A stretch of 44,131 bases of DNA, counting the filler, from Jimgerdemannia flammicorona (lineage: Eukaryota): NCBI GenBank assembly GCA_003990765.1. It is 2 parts of 2 records of this genome, joined end to end, with 100 filler letters (N's around TTAATTAATTAA, not from the genome) between each part and the next. Parts side by side here need not be neighbours in the genome. Positions count along the whole stretch, not along the records: positions 22,125 to 44,131 come from RBNJ01001351.1; 1 more part is not named here. One strand, 5' to 3'. Numbering within the stretch: position 1 is the stretch's first letter; every line of letters begins with the position of its first letter. Below are positions 33,310-44,131 of this stretch, piece after piece. The position numbers and the translations under genes were made by a program. A model generated the notes under the pieces. It had not been told where the DNA came from. It was given only the letters and a program-made list of their open reading frames with translations, and searched no databases.

Positions 33310-36300
33310 GATGCTAGAAGGGTAATGTAGAGAGATAGGAGGGTCTATACCCATTGGGTAAGGGGTCTGAGAACTAGAATTGACTGGGTACTGGCAGCCA
33401 ATTGCTGGGGCCTGGATATCTGGAAGTCTCTGGAGGTTGAGTGGTATCTATGGTCTGACTATTAGGGTCTGCTAGGATATGGGCAGTTTGGGGGAAGTGA
33501 AGATGGGTTTAGACATTGGTATCTCAATTCCTCTTTGTTGGATGAGAAGGAGTTGTGGGATAATTGGGCTAAGAACATTCAGCAGAAAGTGGAGAAATGG
33601 GTCAGTGAGAGTGCCCTAGTAGGTATTCAATAGGTGAGGCTGATGGAGGCTACTAGGGTCTACTGGAGTGAGGTTGGTAGGGTGGTAGGAAGATAGAGAA
33701 GAAAGCAGGTAACCTGGGCCTCTGCTAGATTGGCCTGGCTTCAGGAAGATTGGGTAGATCTTTTAGCCCTGGAGAGGGTGGAGGACTGGAGGTTGATACA
33801 AGCTAAGCTGGAGGTTGCTGAATTATAACAGGTGTTGAGGGAGGAGAAGGAGATAAGAGTGTAGAGTTTGACTATACAGCTATGCTGGCAGGGGCTGAAG
33901 GAGGGGGAGAGGCCCACTAAGTACCTCTCAAGGATCCTTCAGATAAGGAGAGTGAGACAGAGGTGGGGGGGAGTACTAGATTCTGATAGACTGCTGGTAC
34001 ATGATTCTCACAACATTTTAGGCTCACTGAAGGAGAGGTGGAGTGGTTTGTAGAGTGAGGAGGAAGGTGGGGTTGATGTGGCTACTATTTAATATGCTTT
34101 AGAGGATTGGTACCCACTACAGATAAATGGGCTTGGCAGCTTGGTTATGCCAGTACAGGAGGAGGAGATTTGTCAGATTCTTACTGTGACTATGCTGGAC
34201 ATGATACCAGGAGAGGATGGTCTGCTCTGAGACTTCTGGAAGAAGATGGTGGGAGTTCCTGAAGTGCTTGGAGAGATTATGGCACTTTGCTACTTAGTAT
34301 TATATATATTCAGAGAGATAGGTGAGAGAACAGGATATGGGGCTGGTATCATTACTATATAAGGACAAGGGCAGAAGAGAGAACTGGAAGAACTGGCAAC
34401 CTATTATGCTTCTGGATATAGACAGAAAGTTAGTCACTAAGGTGGTGGTTGCAAAACTACAGAAGGTGGCCTAATAAGTCTTAGGTAAAGAGCAACAAGG
34501 TTTTGTAAGAGGCTGGCTCATTAGAGATAGTACAGCTTGGGTGTATGGTATTATTGAAGAGGCTTGAGCCTGCAACCTAAATAGGAGATTAGTCTTCTTG
34601 GATCAGAAGAAGGCATATGACTATGTCAGGCAGGTCTGGTTGGTGAAGATACTAGATATAATTAGTGTCCCTCAGCAGTTCTGAGTGGTAATAATCAGTC
34701 TACTGAAAGGGAGTAGAGCAGCACTTATATAATAGTCATCAGGGGTTACATTTTCTCTGGACAGGGGTGTTTCTCAGGGGGACCCACTGTCTCCTATTTT
34801 GTATACACTATTCTTGGAGCCATTGATGGACAGAATTTGGCAGAAGGTAGAGGGGCTCTCAGTATTTGGAATTGTGTGGAAAGTTGGAGCCTTTGCAGAT
34901 GATATGGTGATTGGCCTGGGATTGATTGCTGATGTCAAGAAACCCCAGAAAATGGTAAAGTAGTATGAGATACTTTCTGGGACTAAACTCAACTAGCATA
35001 AGTGTGAAATAATGGTGTTGGGCAAAGGTCTGGTGGAAGGGGATGTCATTGAAACAATTGTCTCTACTAGAGATGCTGTGTGATACTTGGATATCTATCT
35101 TTCTATCTATAGGTCAGTCCTGCCAAAACTTTGGTGGGAACAGCAGGTAGCTATCTGGGGAAAGGCCCTGAGAAGCTGGGGGGGCCACCACATCTCATTG
35201 GTGGGTTATGTTTCAATTTTGAATATATACTGGCTGCCAAAGCTGTAGTATTTAGCTTATTATCTAGACTTTCTGGTCTGAGTTTTGAAGAGGCTATTGA
35301 AGCTAGCCAAGGGTTGGAACTGGGCTGAGAAATGGAGTCAGATTAGCTGGGAAATCTTATCATTGCCAGTAGCTAGAGGAGGCCTTGGGCTGATTGACTT
35401 CCTGGTAAGGCTGCATTGTCTGAGAGCTTGGTGGCTAAAGAGAGCAGTAGAACTGAGAGATGGTAGCTGGGTTCCTCTGATGAAAAAGGTCTGGGAGATG
35501 AGGTTCTCACCTAAGAGCTCTACAGGTGATCTCTTGTCCTTGGTTGGGCTTCAGAACAGTGGGCACATGTGGTATAAGGACTTCTGGTAAGAAGTGGTTA
35601 ATGGGGCACACTACATTGGTCTTCACTGATATGTAAGAGGTAGAAGGAGAGATGCCTTGGGGCCCAGTGATGTAGAGGTGGGATCAGGTATTATTGGGAG
35701 ATACTCTTCTAATTGACTTCAACATTGATGATAGAGTTGAGTACCAGAGAGGGTTAGAGCAGGATGTATAACCTAGTGGCTGGCAGATGGCAGATATTGG
35801 TAAGAGGTAAGACTGAAATGAAGTCTGGGTCTGGAGTGTAGAGATATGACAATAGCTGCCACCTAAGTTCTGGGTGGTTTGGTGATGCATACTAAGGAGG
35901 AATATCATGCTCAACTTTCATATAGGCTACCTTATAGAGGGAGGAAACTTTGACTGTAAGGAGTATTATAATATAGTATAGGAAGGAGGGGATATAGAGA
36001 TGCCAGAACATTGGCTAGGAGAGTGTGAGGTCCTGGGAGACTTTTGGTTAGCAGTTGGAGATAGATTAGGGGTTGTGAGAAGAGGAGATAGTAAGAGAGA
36101 TTGATGGGAGAATCTGAGAGATAGATTGGTGGAGAGTGTTGGAAATGAGTGGCTGACCCTAGGTTGGGTTTTAGCTATATAGATGGGGTTAGCTGGACAC
36201 TGGTTATTTATTTTTGAGGAAGAGAGGTATTTGGGTTTGAGAGTATAACTGGTGAGGTGGGAAGAGTTAATGGTAGATGTCTTGACAGGATGGTGGCTGG

Positions 36301-36416
36301 AATGGGATCTGCAGGGAGGTCATCAGTACTATTTGGTGGAGAAAATCTGTGAGCAGAGTGAGTGGAGAGTCATCATTGTAGATAATTTAGTAGTATTCAA
36401 GTTTGAGAGTATGGGG
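33310..36416 (+). mobile_element. LINE ORF2 fragment (endonuclease C-terminus, RT, C-terminal region)
   Basis: TRIDWVL, WSDY, GERPTKYLSR, NWQPIMLL, FLDQKKAYD, SQGDPLSPILY, AFADDMV, ARGGLGL. Confidence 0.92.
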
Positions 36417-39400
36417 GCTCATCTATTTGACCAGATATTCAGGATGATAGTAGCAGATTTACTTATCAAGAATTTTCTCAACTTTATACTCAATATAGTC
36501 TTTAATAATTACAGAGATAAATGACTTAGAAATTTAACCAGAGTAGAGTAATGATTGATTCTAAGTCTTAAGATATACCAAATAAAATACTAGATATAAT
36601 CTCATGGTTTCAGATAGCTTGAGATAGTAGGAGGATACAGAGACTTATTCAGTATTCTCAAAGGATCTAATATATTTGAGTTGAAACTTGTTTAATGGAC
36701 AGTTGACTTGAGATTATATCTTGAGATTCTCAGTAAATAGTAGGACTTGATCACTAATAGTATAGGTGATATTATGTCATTTCTTATTAGTATACTTAGT
36801 TTGATACTGTGGGCCTTCTGGAGATTCATAGTAGCAATCTTAAGTAGTTTATTCACTTTGTCTGTGAGATTCTTGGTGATAGAGACTTATATTTGGCTGC
36901 TCTTCTTAAAAGGGACTAGACTTGTAAGAATCTTGAGATCTTGACTATAGAGTAGTCAAAAAGGAGAAAAAATAATAGATAATTAGATGGCATTATTATA
37001 TTCAAATTCTATATATATTAAGTAATGATCACAATTATCTTACTTGTAAGAAATATAATTTCTGAGCATTTGTTCTAGAGTTCTGTTTATGCACTTAGTT
37101 TGTCTATCAGTTTGTGGGTGAAAGGTGATAAATATAGCCAATTGGGTTCTCAGAGTCTTAAAAAGAGTTTGTCAAAAGTAACTAGTAAACTTGGAGTCAT
37201 AATTACTGACAATTACTCATAGTAGACCATAGTAATAGAAGATGGACTTAAAGTCTTGCAATCTCAGATACAGTAGTATTGATAGTAGTTGGTTTGGCAA
37301 CTATAGTCTTGATCAGGTGATCAATAAATATGATGATAATGTCAGTATCAAGTTGAGTTCACAATAGTTGAGTTATAAAGTCTATTGTAACTTATTTGAA
37401 TTTCTTAGTTAGAATTGGCAGTAGTTATAGTAAACTAGCTAGTACTTTATTAGTAGACTTATTGTACTAATAGAGGTTATAGCTGGTAATATCATTCTTG
37501 ATTTTCTTAACTATACTTGACACATTGAATATTTTTGAAAGTTTTCTCAATTCTAAGATAATCAGTAGGTAGAGAGTCATAGTATTCTTACAGTATCTTA
37601 TAGTATAGGTTTATATTATTAGGTAGATAGACTTAGTATTGATGGTAGATCAGATTGTTCTTAATGGTATATATATCCTTGAGCTCATTTGAGAAAACTT
37701 TAATAGTAATAGTATCTTCTTTGTAAGCTTGTCTGATTTGGTCTAGAAATTTCAGTGCCAAGGTGACTTACATAATAGTAGTAAGGTCTGGGCATCTGGA
37801 TAAGATATCTGATACTACAAGTATCTTACCAGGCTTATAAATAATTATTAGATTGAAGCTTTGAAGCTTGAGGCTCTATTTGGCTTATAAATATAACAGG
37901 ATAGGTTGGGTATTGATATACTTGAAAGATTGATAGTTAGTAATGATATTAAACAATATCTTCTAGATAACATTACTAGTGATCTAGTGCATATATTATT
38001 GCCAGTAGCTCCTTCTCATAAGTAGTAAGCTTTTGTTTTCCTAGGGTCAACTTATAGGACTTAAAGACAATAGAGTAATAATCTTTACCATCATCTTGTG
38101 ATAGAACTGCTTTAATGGCAAAATTCCATACATCAGTAGTGATAGTAAATTTTAGACTTAGATCTGCATTATACAGGACTGGAGTATGGATCAGATAGTT
38201 TTTGAATTCTTAGAAGACTTGTTGACAGAAGAGGTCCCAGATATATGATATATAGAGATCAGAGTGAGGGGCCTTCCTTATGAGGTAATTTAGTAGCTTA
38301 GTAATACTGGAGAAGTTTCTAATAAAGTAATAGTAGTAACCAGCTAGACCAAGAAAGGATCAGAGTTCTGTGAGATTTAATAGAATAGGCTATTCTGGAA
38401 TTATCTCTATCTTATATAGATCTACTTAAATTCCTTTTATAGAAATAATGTGGTCAAGATATTTAACTTGCTTTTTGAAGAATTCACACTTCTTGAGCTT
38501 TGTATAAAGCTTGTATTTTTGCAGAATCTCCAGAACTACTTAGATATGCTTGGGGTATTCTTCTTTAGTTATACTAAAGATCAGGATATCATTAAGATAT
38601 GTATATCAATAAGAAAACAAATAGTTAATCCTTGAATATCTTATTCATGAGAGTTAGAAATAAAGCAGATACATTGATAAGATCAAATGCTAGAACTAGA
38701 ATTTCATAAAGTCCAAAGGGGGTCATGAATATAGTTTTGGACTTGATTCAGATTTAGTAGTAATCCGATATAAGGTCCAACTTGGTAAAGTACTTGGCAT
38801 TCTTAAGAGTATCAAAAATTTGATCAATTAAGAGCAGCAGATATCAGTTCTTAACTGTAAGCTTATTAAGTATATAGTAGTCTATATATATTTATAAAGT
38901 ACTATCCTTCTTCTTAATAAATAAGACTGGTGAGCCAAAGGGAGATTTGCTTGGTTGAATGGCTCTTTGTATAAGTAGTTCTTCTAGTTCTTTCTTAACT
39001 ACTTCAATTTTGAGAGGTGATATATAGTATATATTTCTTGAGTAGTATAGCTCCTGGGATTAGTTCAATTTTGTGATAAACTTCTTATATAGGTAGTAGA
39101 TGAGGTAGCTTATCTGAGAAGACATCCTTGAATTCTTCAAGCAATAACTTGATACTTTCATTAATTGACAGCTTCTTGTCTTATTTCTTATGATAGACTA
39201 TTATAATAAAAGTATATACTATCTTCTTGAGTACTTTCTTATACTATATTGCTGATAGTATTGTAACTGAGATCTTGTTCACAGGCTTGTCTGTCTTGAT
39301 GGTGATGTTGACTCTATCTTGAGGTAAAGTAACTTCATTCTTATATTAATCAATGTTTGGATTATATTTTATAAGCTAGAGTTTTCCTAAAATCAGATTA

Positions 39401-39904
39401 TGATCTCCTAGGAGTACAATCTTAAAGTCTACTCATTCTCAATATTTCTAAATCTTGATGGGTAGTTTGGCAGCAATTGACTTAATAGGATGTAGTATAC
39501 CATCTATAATAACTATATCATCATTCTTGAGTGCAGGCTTAGTGAGAATCTTGAGAATTTCAATGAGATTCTGGTTGATAAAATTCTCTATAGCTTAACT
39601 GTCTATAAGTACTTAAACTTTTTTTCTCTTAACTAGATCTTTGAAAATGAGCATAGCTTGAGCTTGATTCTCAGTGAGACTTGCTGCTTGATCAGAACTA
39701 CCAAAACCTTTCTAGTCTTGTTTGGTTTCAGATAGTTCTTAGACTTCTGTAATATTGGATTGACTGGCTTTTTTTGAATTATTTATGTAACTCAGTCTCC
39801 TTTCTTGACTATATAGTCTTGATCCTTCTGATTAACAAGTAAGACTTGAACTTGTTCTTGATAGTCTAGGTCAATAATACCAGTGTCTATATCTAATAAT
39901 GTTT

Positions 39905-39907
<3 letters not shown>
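36417..39907 (-). mobile_element. Chromovirus-type Ty3/Gypsy pol (dUTPase end, protease, RT, RNase H, integrase, chromodomain)
   Basis: Protease VLIDS*AIENFIN ~39610; RT 39050-38430; RNase H; integrase IDFITQL, NYDSKFTSYF; chromodomain EYKVEKILDK*I...EYLVK* at 36500-36420. Confidence 0.92.
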
Positions 39908-39942
<35 letters not shown>

Positions 39943-42900
39943 GTCTCTTAGACTCCTTCCTTTATTAATATATTTCAAATAATATACTGAGCCCACCCCT
40001 ATCTGATCCCCCTAGGGGGCCTCCCCCTTTATATACTCTCTTTATTAAAGATCACTAGATTATTAATTACCTCCACCTACCCACTACTCTGCTTATAAAT
40101 TTCTTCCACCAGACAGTGATGATGTCTACCCTGGGGACTCCATCCAACCCACCACTCTGTCAGCAAATCTCCCACCAACCCCTCCCATCTCAACAATCTC
40201 TTCTGCAAACCCAGCTATTATCTCTCCTTAAAAACAAAGAGCCAATATCCTGCCAGCTCTATCTATATAGCTAAAACCCACCCTATAGTGAGCTATTTAC
40301 TGTCTACACCTCTCACCAACCTAGTTCTCAAATCTTCCCAGTGACCTCTCTTCCTATCTAGTCTCTTCTTCATACCCAGCTGGTCTCCTACCACTATCCA
40401 AAAATTCCCCAGAACCTTGCACTCTCCCAGCCAATATTCTGAAATCTGTACAAATCCCCCAACTTATTCTATATTGAAGTACTCCTCACATTCCAGTAGT
40501 CCACCATCCACCAGATGTCTAGCATGGAAATTCAACATAACATTCCTCTATAGCATCTGCTACTATACTACTCAGAACTTGGGAGGAAGTCAACTTCACA
40601 CCTCAGCACTCTATGCCCAGACTCCTGCTCAATCCCACTCCTCACCAATCTGCACTGTTTGCCAACTTCCAGGCCAAAGATCCTGACTGAGTCTCTACTG
40701 ACACCACAATATCAAACTCAATAAGTGAAGTGCTCCCTAAAAGCAATCTATCCCATTTCTATATAGCTGGTCCCTACAGTATCTCTCTTTTATTGCTATA
40801 CTAGCACAAGTCTATATAGTATACTCCATCTGCTATCCCCTACCAGAAGCCTTTATACCTTAGCCAATGACTTCTACCCAGATCCACCAGAGATAACAAA
40901 TTTCCTGAGGACCCTCTTAGAGAGAATCTCATCTCCTACATCTTCTGCATCAGCAGTACCCATCTCCCTTCTCTCAATTCTATAGCCCACTTCAACCACT
41001 AAGCTCAGTGCAGCCTCTTAGGAAAATCCACCAGTTCTAGCCCCTCTCAGACCACTAGCAATGAAAGGGTATCCCAACTGATCTGGGACTGCCTCTCAGC
41101 CCAAATCTAATCCTTAGTCAGTTTCATCAGTCTCTTCACCACCCAAGCAGGGAAGTCTAAGTGGTAGGCTATATATCATAGCTTAGGGAACCCATAGATA
41201 TTCAAAATTGATACCTGATCTATCAGAGAGATGTGGCAATCTCCCCAGCCTCTAAGAGCCTCCCCCCAGATGGCCACTCTCCTCTCTCACCACACCCATA
41301 GCAAGACAGATCCATATACTGAAAGAAAGATGCCCAGATATCTCACTATCTCTCCTGCAGGGACAATTGTTCCAATGATATCCCCTCCCACTAACCCATT
41401 ACTCAATACTATTATCTCACACTTATGCCAGTTGAGTTTTGCTCCAGAGTGTACCTCATACCATTCTACTGTCTCCTTAAGGGCCTCAACATCTGCTACT
41501 GATCCAAGTCCAACCACCAAATTATCTGCAAGGCCCCCACCTTTCACACCACACTATAAATAGAGAGCTCTATCACCTTCTACTGAATTCTATCTATCAA
41601 AGGTTCTAGTAAAAGGGTATATAGAATAGGAGATAGTGGATCCCCCTGAGGAACTCTTCTTCCTAAGGGAAACACTAGACCTCAGTGACCATTATACATC
41701 AGTACCACCCTACTGCCCTCCAATAGATTCAACATAGAAGCTTGAAATAGCAGGGGAACTTCTATTCTATCCAGCACCTTGCCTAACCACACTTGCTGGA
41801 CCCAGTTGTAGATCTTCTCCTGATCCAAAAAGACCAGTCTCCCATCCAATCCACTAGTCTGTGCTGCTTCAATAATGCTATAGATCTAGGCTGTCTCATC
41901 CCTGATAAGTCTATCTCTAACAAAACCCTACTACTCCTCACCTAACACCTGTTGGGCAACCTTCTGTAATCTTGCTACAATCACCTTAGTAACCATCTTT
42001 CTGTCCATATCCAGAAGTATGATTGGTCTCCAGTTCTTCCTATTCTCCCTCCTCCCCTTATCCTTGTACTACAGGACCACCAGCCCTAAGTCCTGCCCTC
42101 TCACCTACTGGCCATTCAGAAGAACAATATCACAGAGGGTAGCTATCTCTCCTAATACTCCTGGGACTCTTGCCATCTTCTTCCAAAAGTCTCAAGGAAG
42201 TCCATCCTCTCCTGGTGCTATTCTAAGCTTAGTTGCCACAAGAACTCTCTAGATCTCCTCCTCTTGGACTAGTAGGATCAAATCCCCCAGGCCCTCTACC
42301 TGTGGCAGCTCTCAAGTCTCCAGAGTATCTCCAATTGCCTCTGCATCAGCACCTCACTCTACAGACCCCTCCACTGCTCCTTCAGCAACTCCAAGATCTG
42401 TTGTATACCATGAACTATTTCCCTCTCTGCATCAAAAACTCCATCTCATTGATGTTGCACCCTTCTAGCCTAGAGAAGCCTTGACAAATACCTAGTGGGC
42501 CTCTCTCCCTCCTCAAGCCCCTGCCACCTCAATCTAGCTGCCATTCCTTTCATCTGCATCTTCTCCTCCTCTCTCAACACCTATTATAACTTCATCACTT
42601 CCAGTTTAGTCTTCACTAACCTCCAATTATCCACCTCTCCAGAATTTATCAAATCAGCCCATTCCATCTGCAATCTGACCAACCTATTGGAAGTACATCT
42701 CACTCTCTTTCTTCTCCATCTCTACCAGCTCCTCTCCAGTAAACCCTTGCAACATCTTTCAACTTAATCTACTGGACATCCACTGGCAAACTCTCATGTA
42801 TCCAGCTAGCAAACCTCCCCAGAATGCTCTCTGCCCAATAGTCCCACAATACCTTCTCAGCCAGCAGAGAGGAGTTAAGGTACCAATGTCTGGGTCCATC

Positions 42901-44115
42901 TTCACTTCTTCCAAACTACCCCTGCCCTAACAATCTCCAGTAATCCAACCAAGGACACTACTCCACCTCTAGAGTCCTCCAAACATCTATACCTCAGCAT
43001 TCAGCTGTCAGTATCCAGTCAATCCTTGTACCTAGTCTATTCACCCAGTGCATGTAAATTCTCTTTTCTCCCCACTGCTTTCTGCCCATATCTCTCAAGG
43101 AGCTAAGGTTCTCTATCTCCTCCCAAGCATCCAGGCCACTACTCCTTCTGCCAGCACTCCTCTCTCCATCAGTTCTATCTAACTGAAGATCCCATACCAT
43201 ATTGAAGTCACTCCTCAGAACATCCACCCCATCTTCCAAGAATGTGCCCTCCTCTAAGAGACCCTTAATCCATACTATCTGCTCACCCCTAGCCACAGGG
43301 TAGTAACAAGAGCCAACTCTCACTTGTTCTCACCCAGGTTGATGCCATTTCCCCCATACCAAACAGTCTCTCCAGCTCCTGATTCTACTTAGATCCCCTT
43401 TGCCACTCTGCACCAAAACTACCACTTTGTCCATCCAAGCTATAGCTCCTCCCCATTCTCTAGTCTACTTCACTTGATCTATATCATCCTTGCAATACAC
43501 ATCCTGCAGCAGAAAGAAATCAGCCTCCAATCCCTTAAGCTAAGTGAAAATGTTCTTATACCACCCAGAGCTCTGTAACCTATTCACATTTAGAGAAAAA
43601 TATTAGTTATACTGTTCATTGGGAATAATATTTAGAAGTACTGCTCATTCTCTACAAATCCACATTCATCCCCTCTCTTATTACATCCAAGTTATGTTTG
43701 GTGGCCACTTTCTTCTCTGTAGCCATCTTCACCTCTAATCTAATCAGAAGTTCAGTCATCTCCCCATTCTCCTTCTCCTTGAACTCCTCCTAATACTCCA
43801 GGCAGACCTTCTGCCAGAGCTGTAATCTATGACACTCTGCCCAACAGTGTATAGCCCACTCACTAGCAGCAATTGTCAGCTTGGCCTCTCTCTTCTTATC
43901 AACCTCATACTTCTCCTTCTCCAGGAAAATTGCAAGTACCTCTGCCTTCAGTGCCTCCATCACTCCATTGCCATACCCAATACTCCTCACTCATCACCCT
44001 CAGGTCCACTTCTCCCAACTCTTTAGCTGTAAAGTTGTTCATCATTTAGCTCATCCACAGTAGGTTTCCCACCTCCTTCCTTCTGGAAGATGCTGGCCTT
44101 TCTGTACTCAGTATC
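39908..44115 (-). mobile_element. L1/Tx1-like LINE (ORF1 C-terminus, complete decayed ORF2, poly(A))
   Basis: 32 T at 39908-39939; ORF2 ATG 43619 MNSITNIFSLNVNRL, SDFN, TRIDWIL, PQGDPLSPILY; ORF1 43640-44110 homologous to 19560-20010. Confidence 0.94.
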
Positions 44116-44131
44116 TTTTTTTTTTTTTTTT
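44116..44131 (-). repeat. Poly(T), probable tail of another LINE inserted in ORF1
   Basis: Pure T run to window end interrupting ORF1. Confidence 0.55.

Noticed and set aside
33010..36416. Head-to-head LINE pieces as a twin-priming 5' inversion
   Set aside because: The overlapping 3' regions are clearly different subfamilies and the outer flanks (LTR vs chromodomain) give no TSD; more likely two insertions plus deletion.
1..44131. Alternative genetic code explaining in-frame TGA/TAG/TAA
   Set aside because: All three stop types occur, at different positions in homologous copies, alongside matching missense transitions; this is mutational decay.

Overview
Gene-free eukaryotic transposon nest, probably fungal (inferred from chromovirus-type Ty3 elements, an intron-containing hAT and pervasive C>T/G>A decay; the taxon cannot be fixed from sequence). 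It holds remnants of six Ty3/Gypsy elements (five with a dUTPase, one with a chromodomain) plus a young long-LTR-like insertion, seven L1/Tx1-like LINE pieces, one full-length hAT with 8-bp TSD, three related hAT MITEs, and an artificial N/TTAATTAATTAA linker. Almost all ORFs are broken by transition-derived stops and CpG is nearly absent outside a few young or short insertions. The most striking structure is two long LTR or LTR-like regions (4265-5849 and 20278-22016) that carry apparently homologous, unrecognised protein-coding ORFs inside U3. In one the region is a bicistron joined by an ATGA stop-start overlap; in the parent element of the other, integrase looks like a separate cistron (TAA-T-ATG). 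All translations and alignments were done by eye; boundaries of degenerate elements are approximate.
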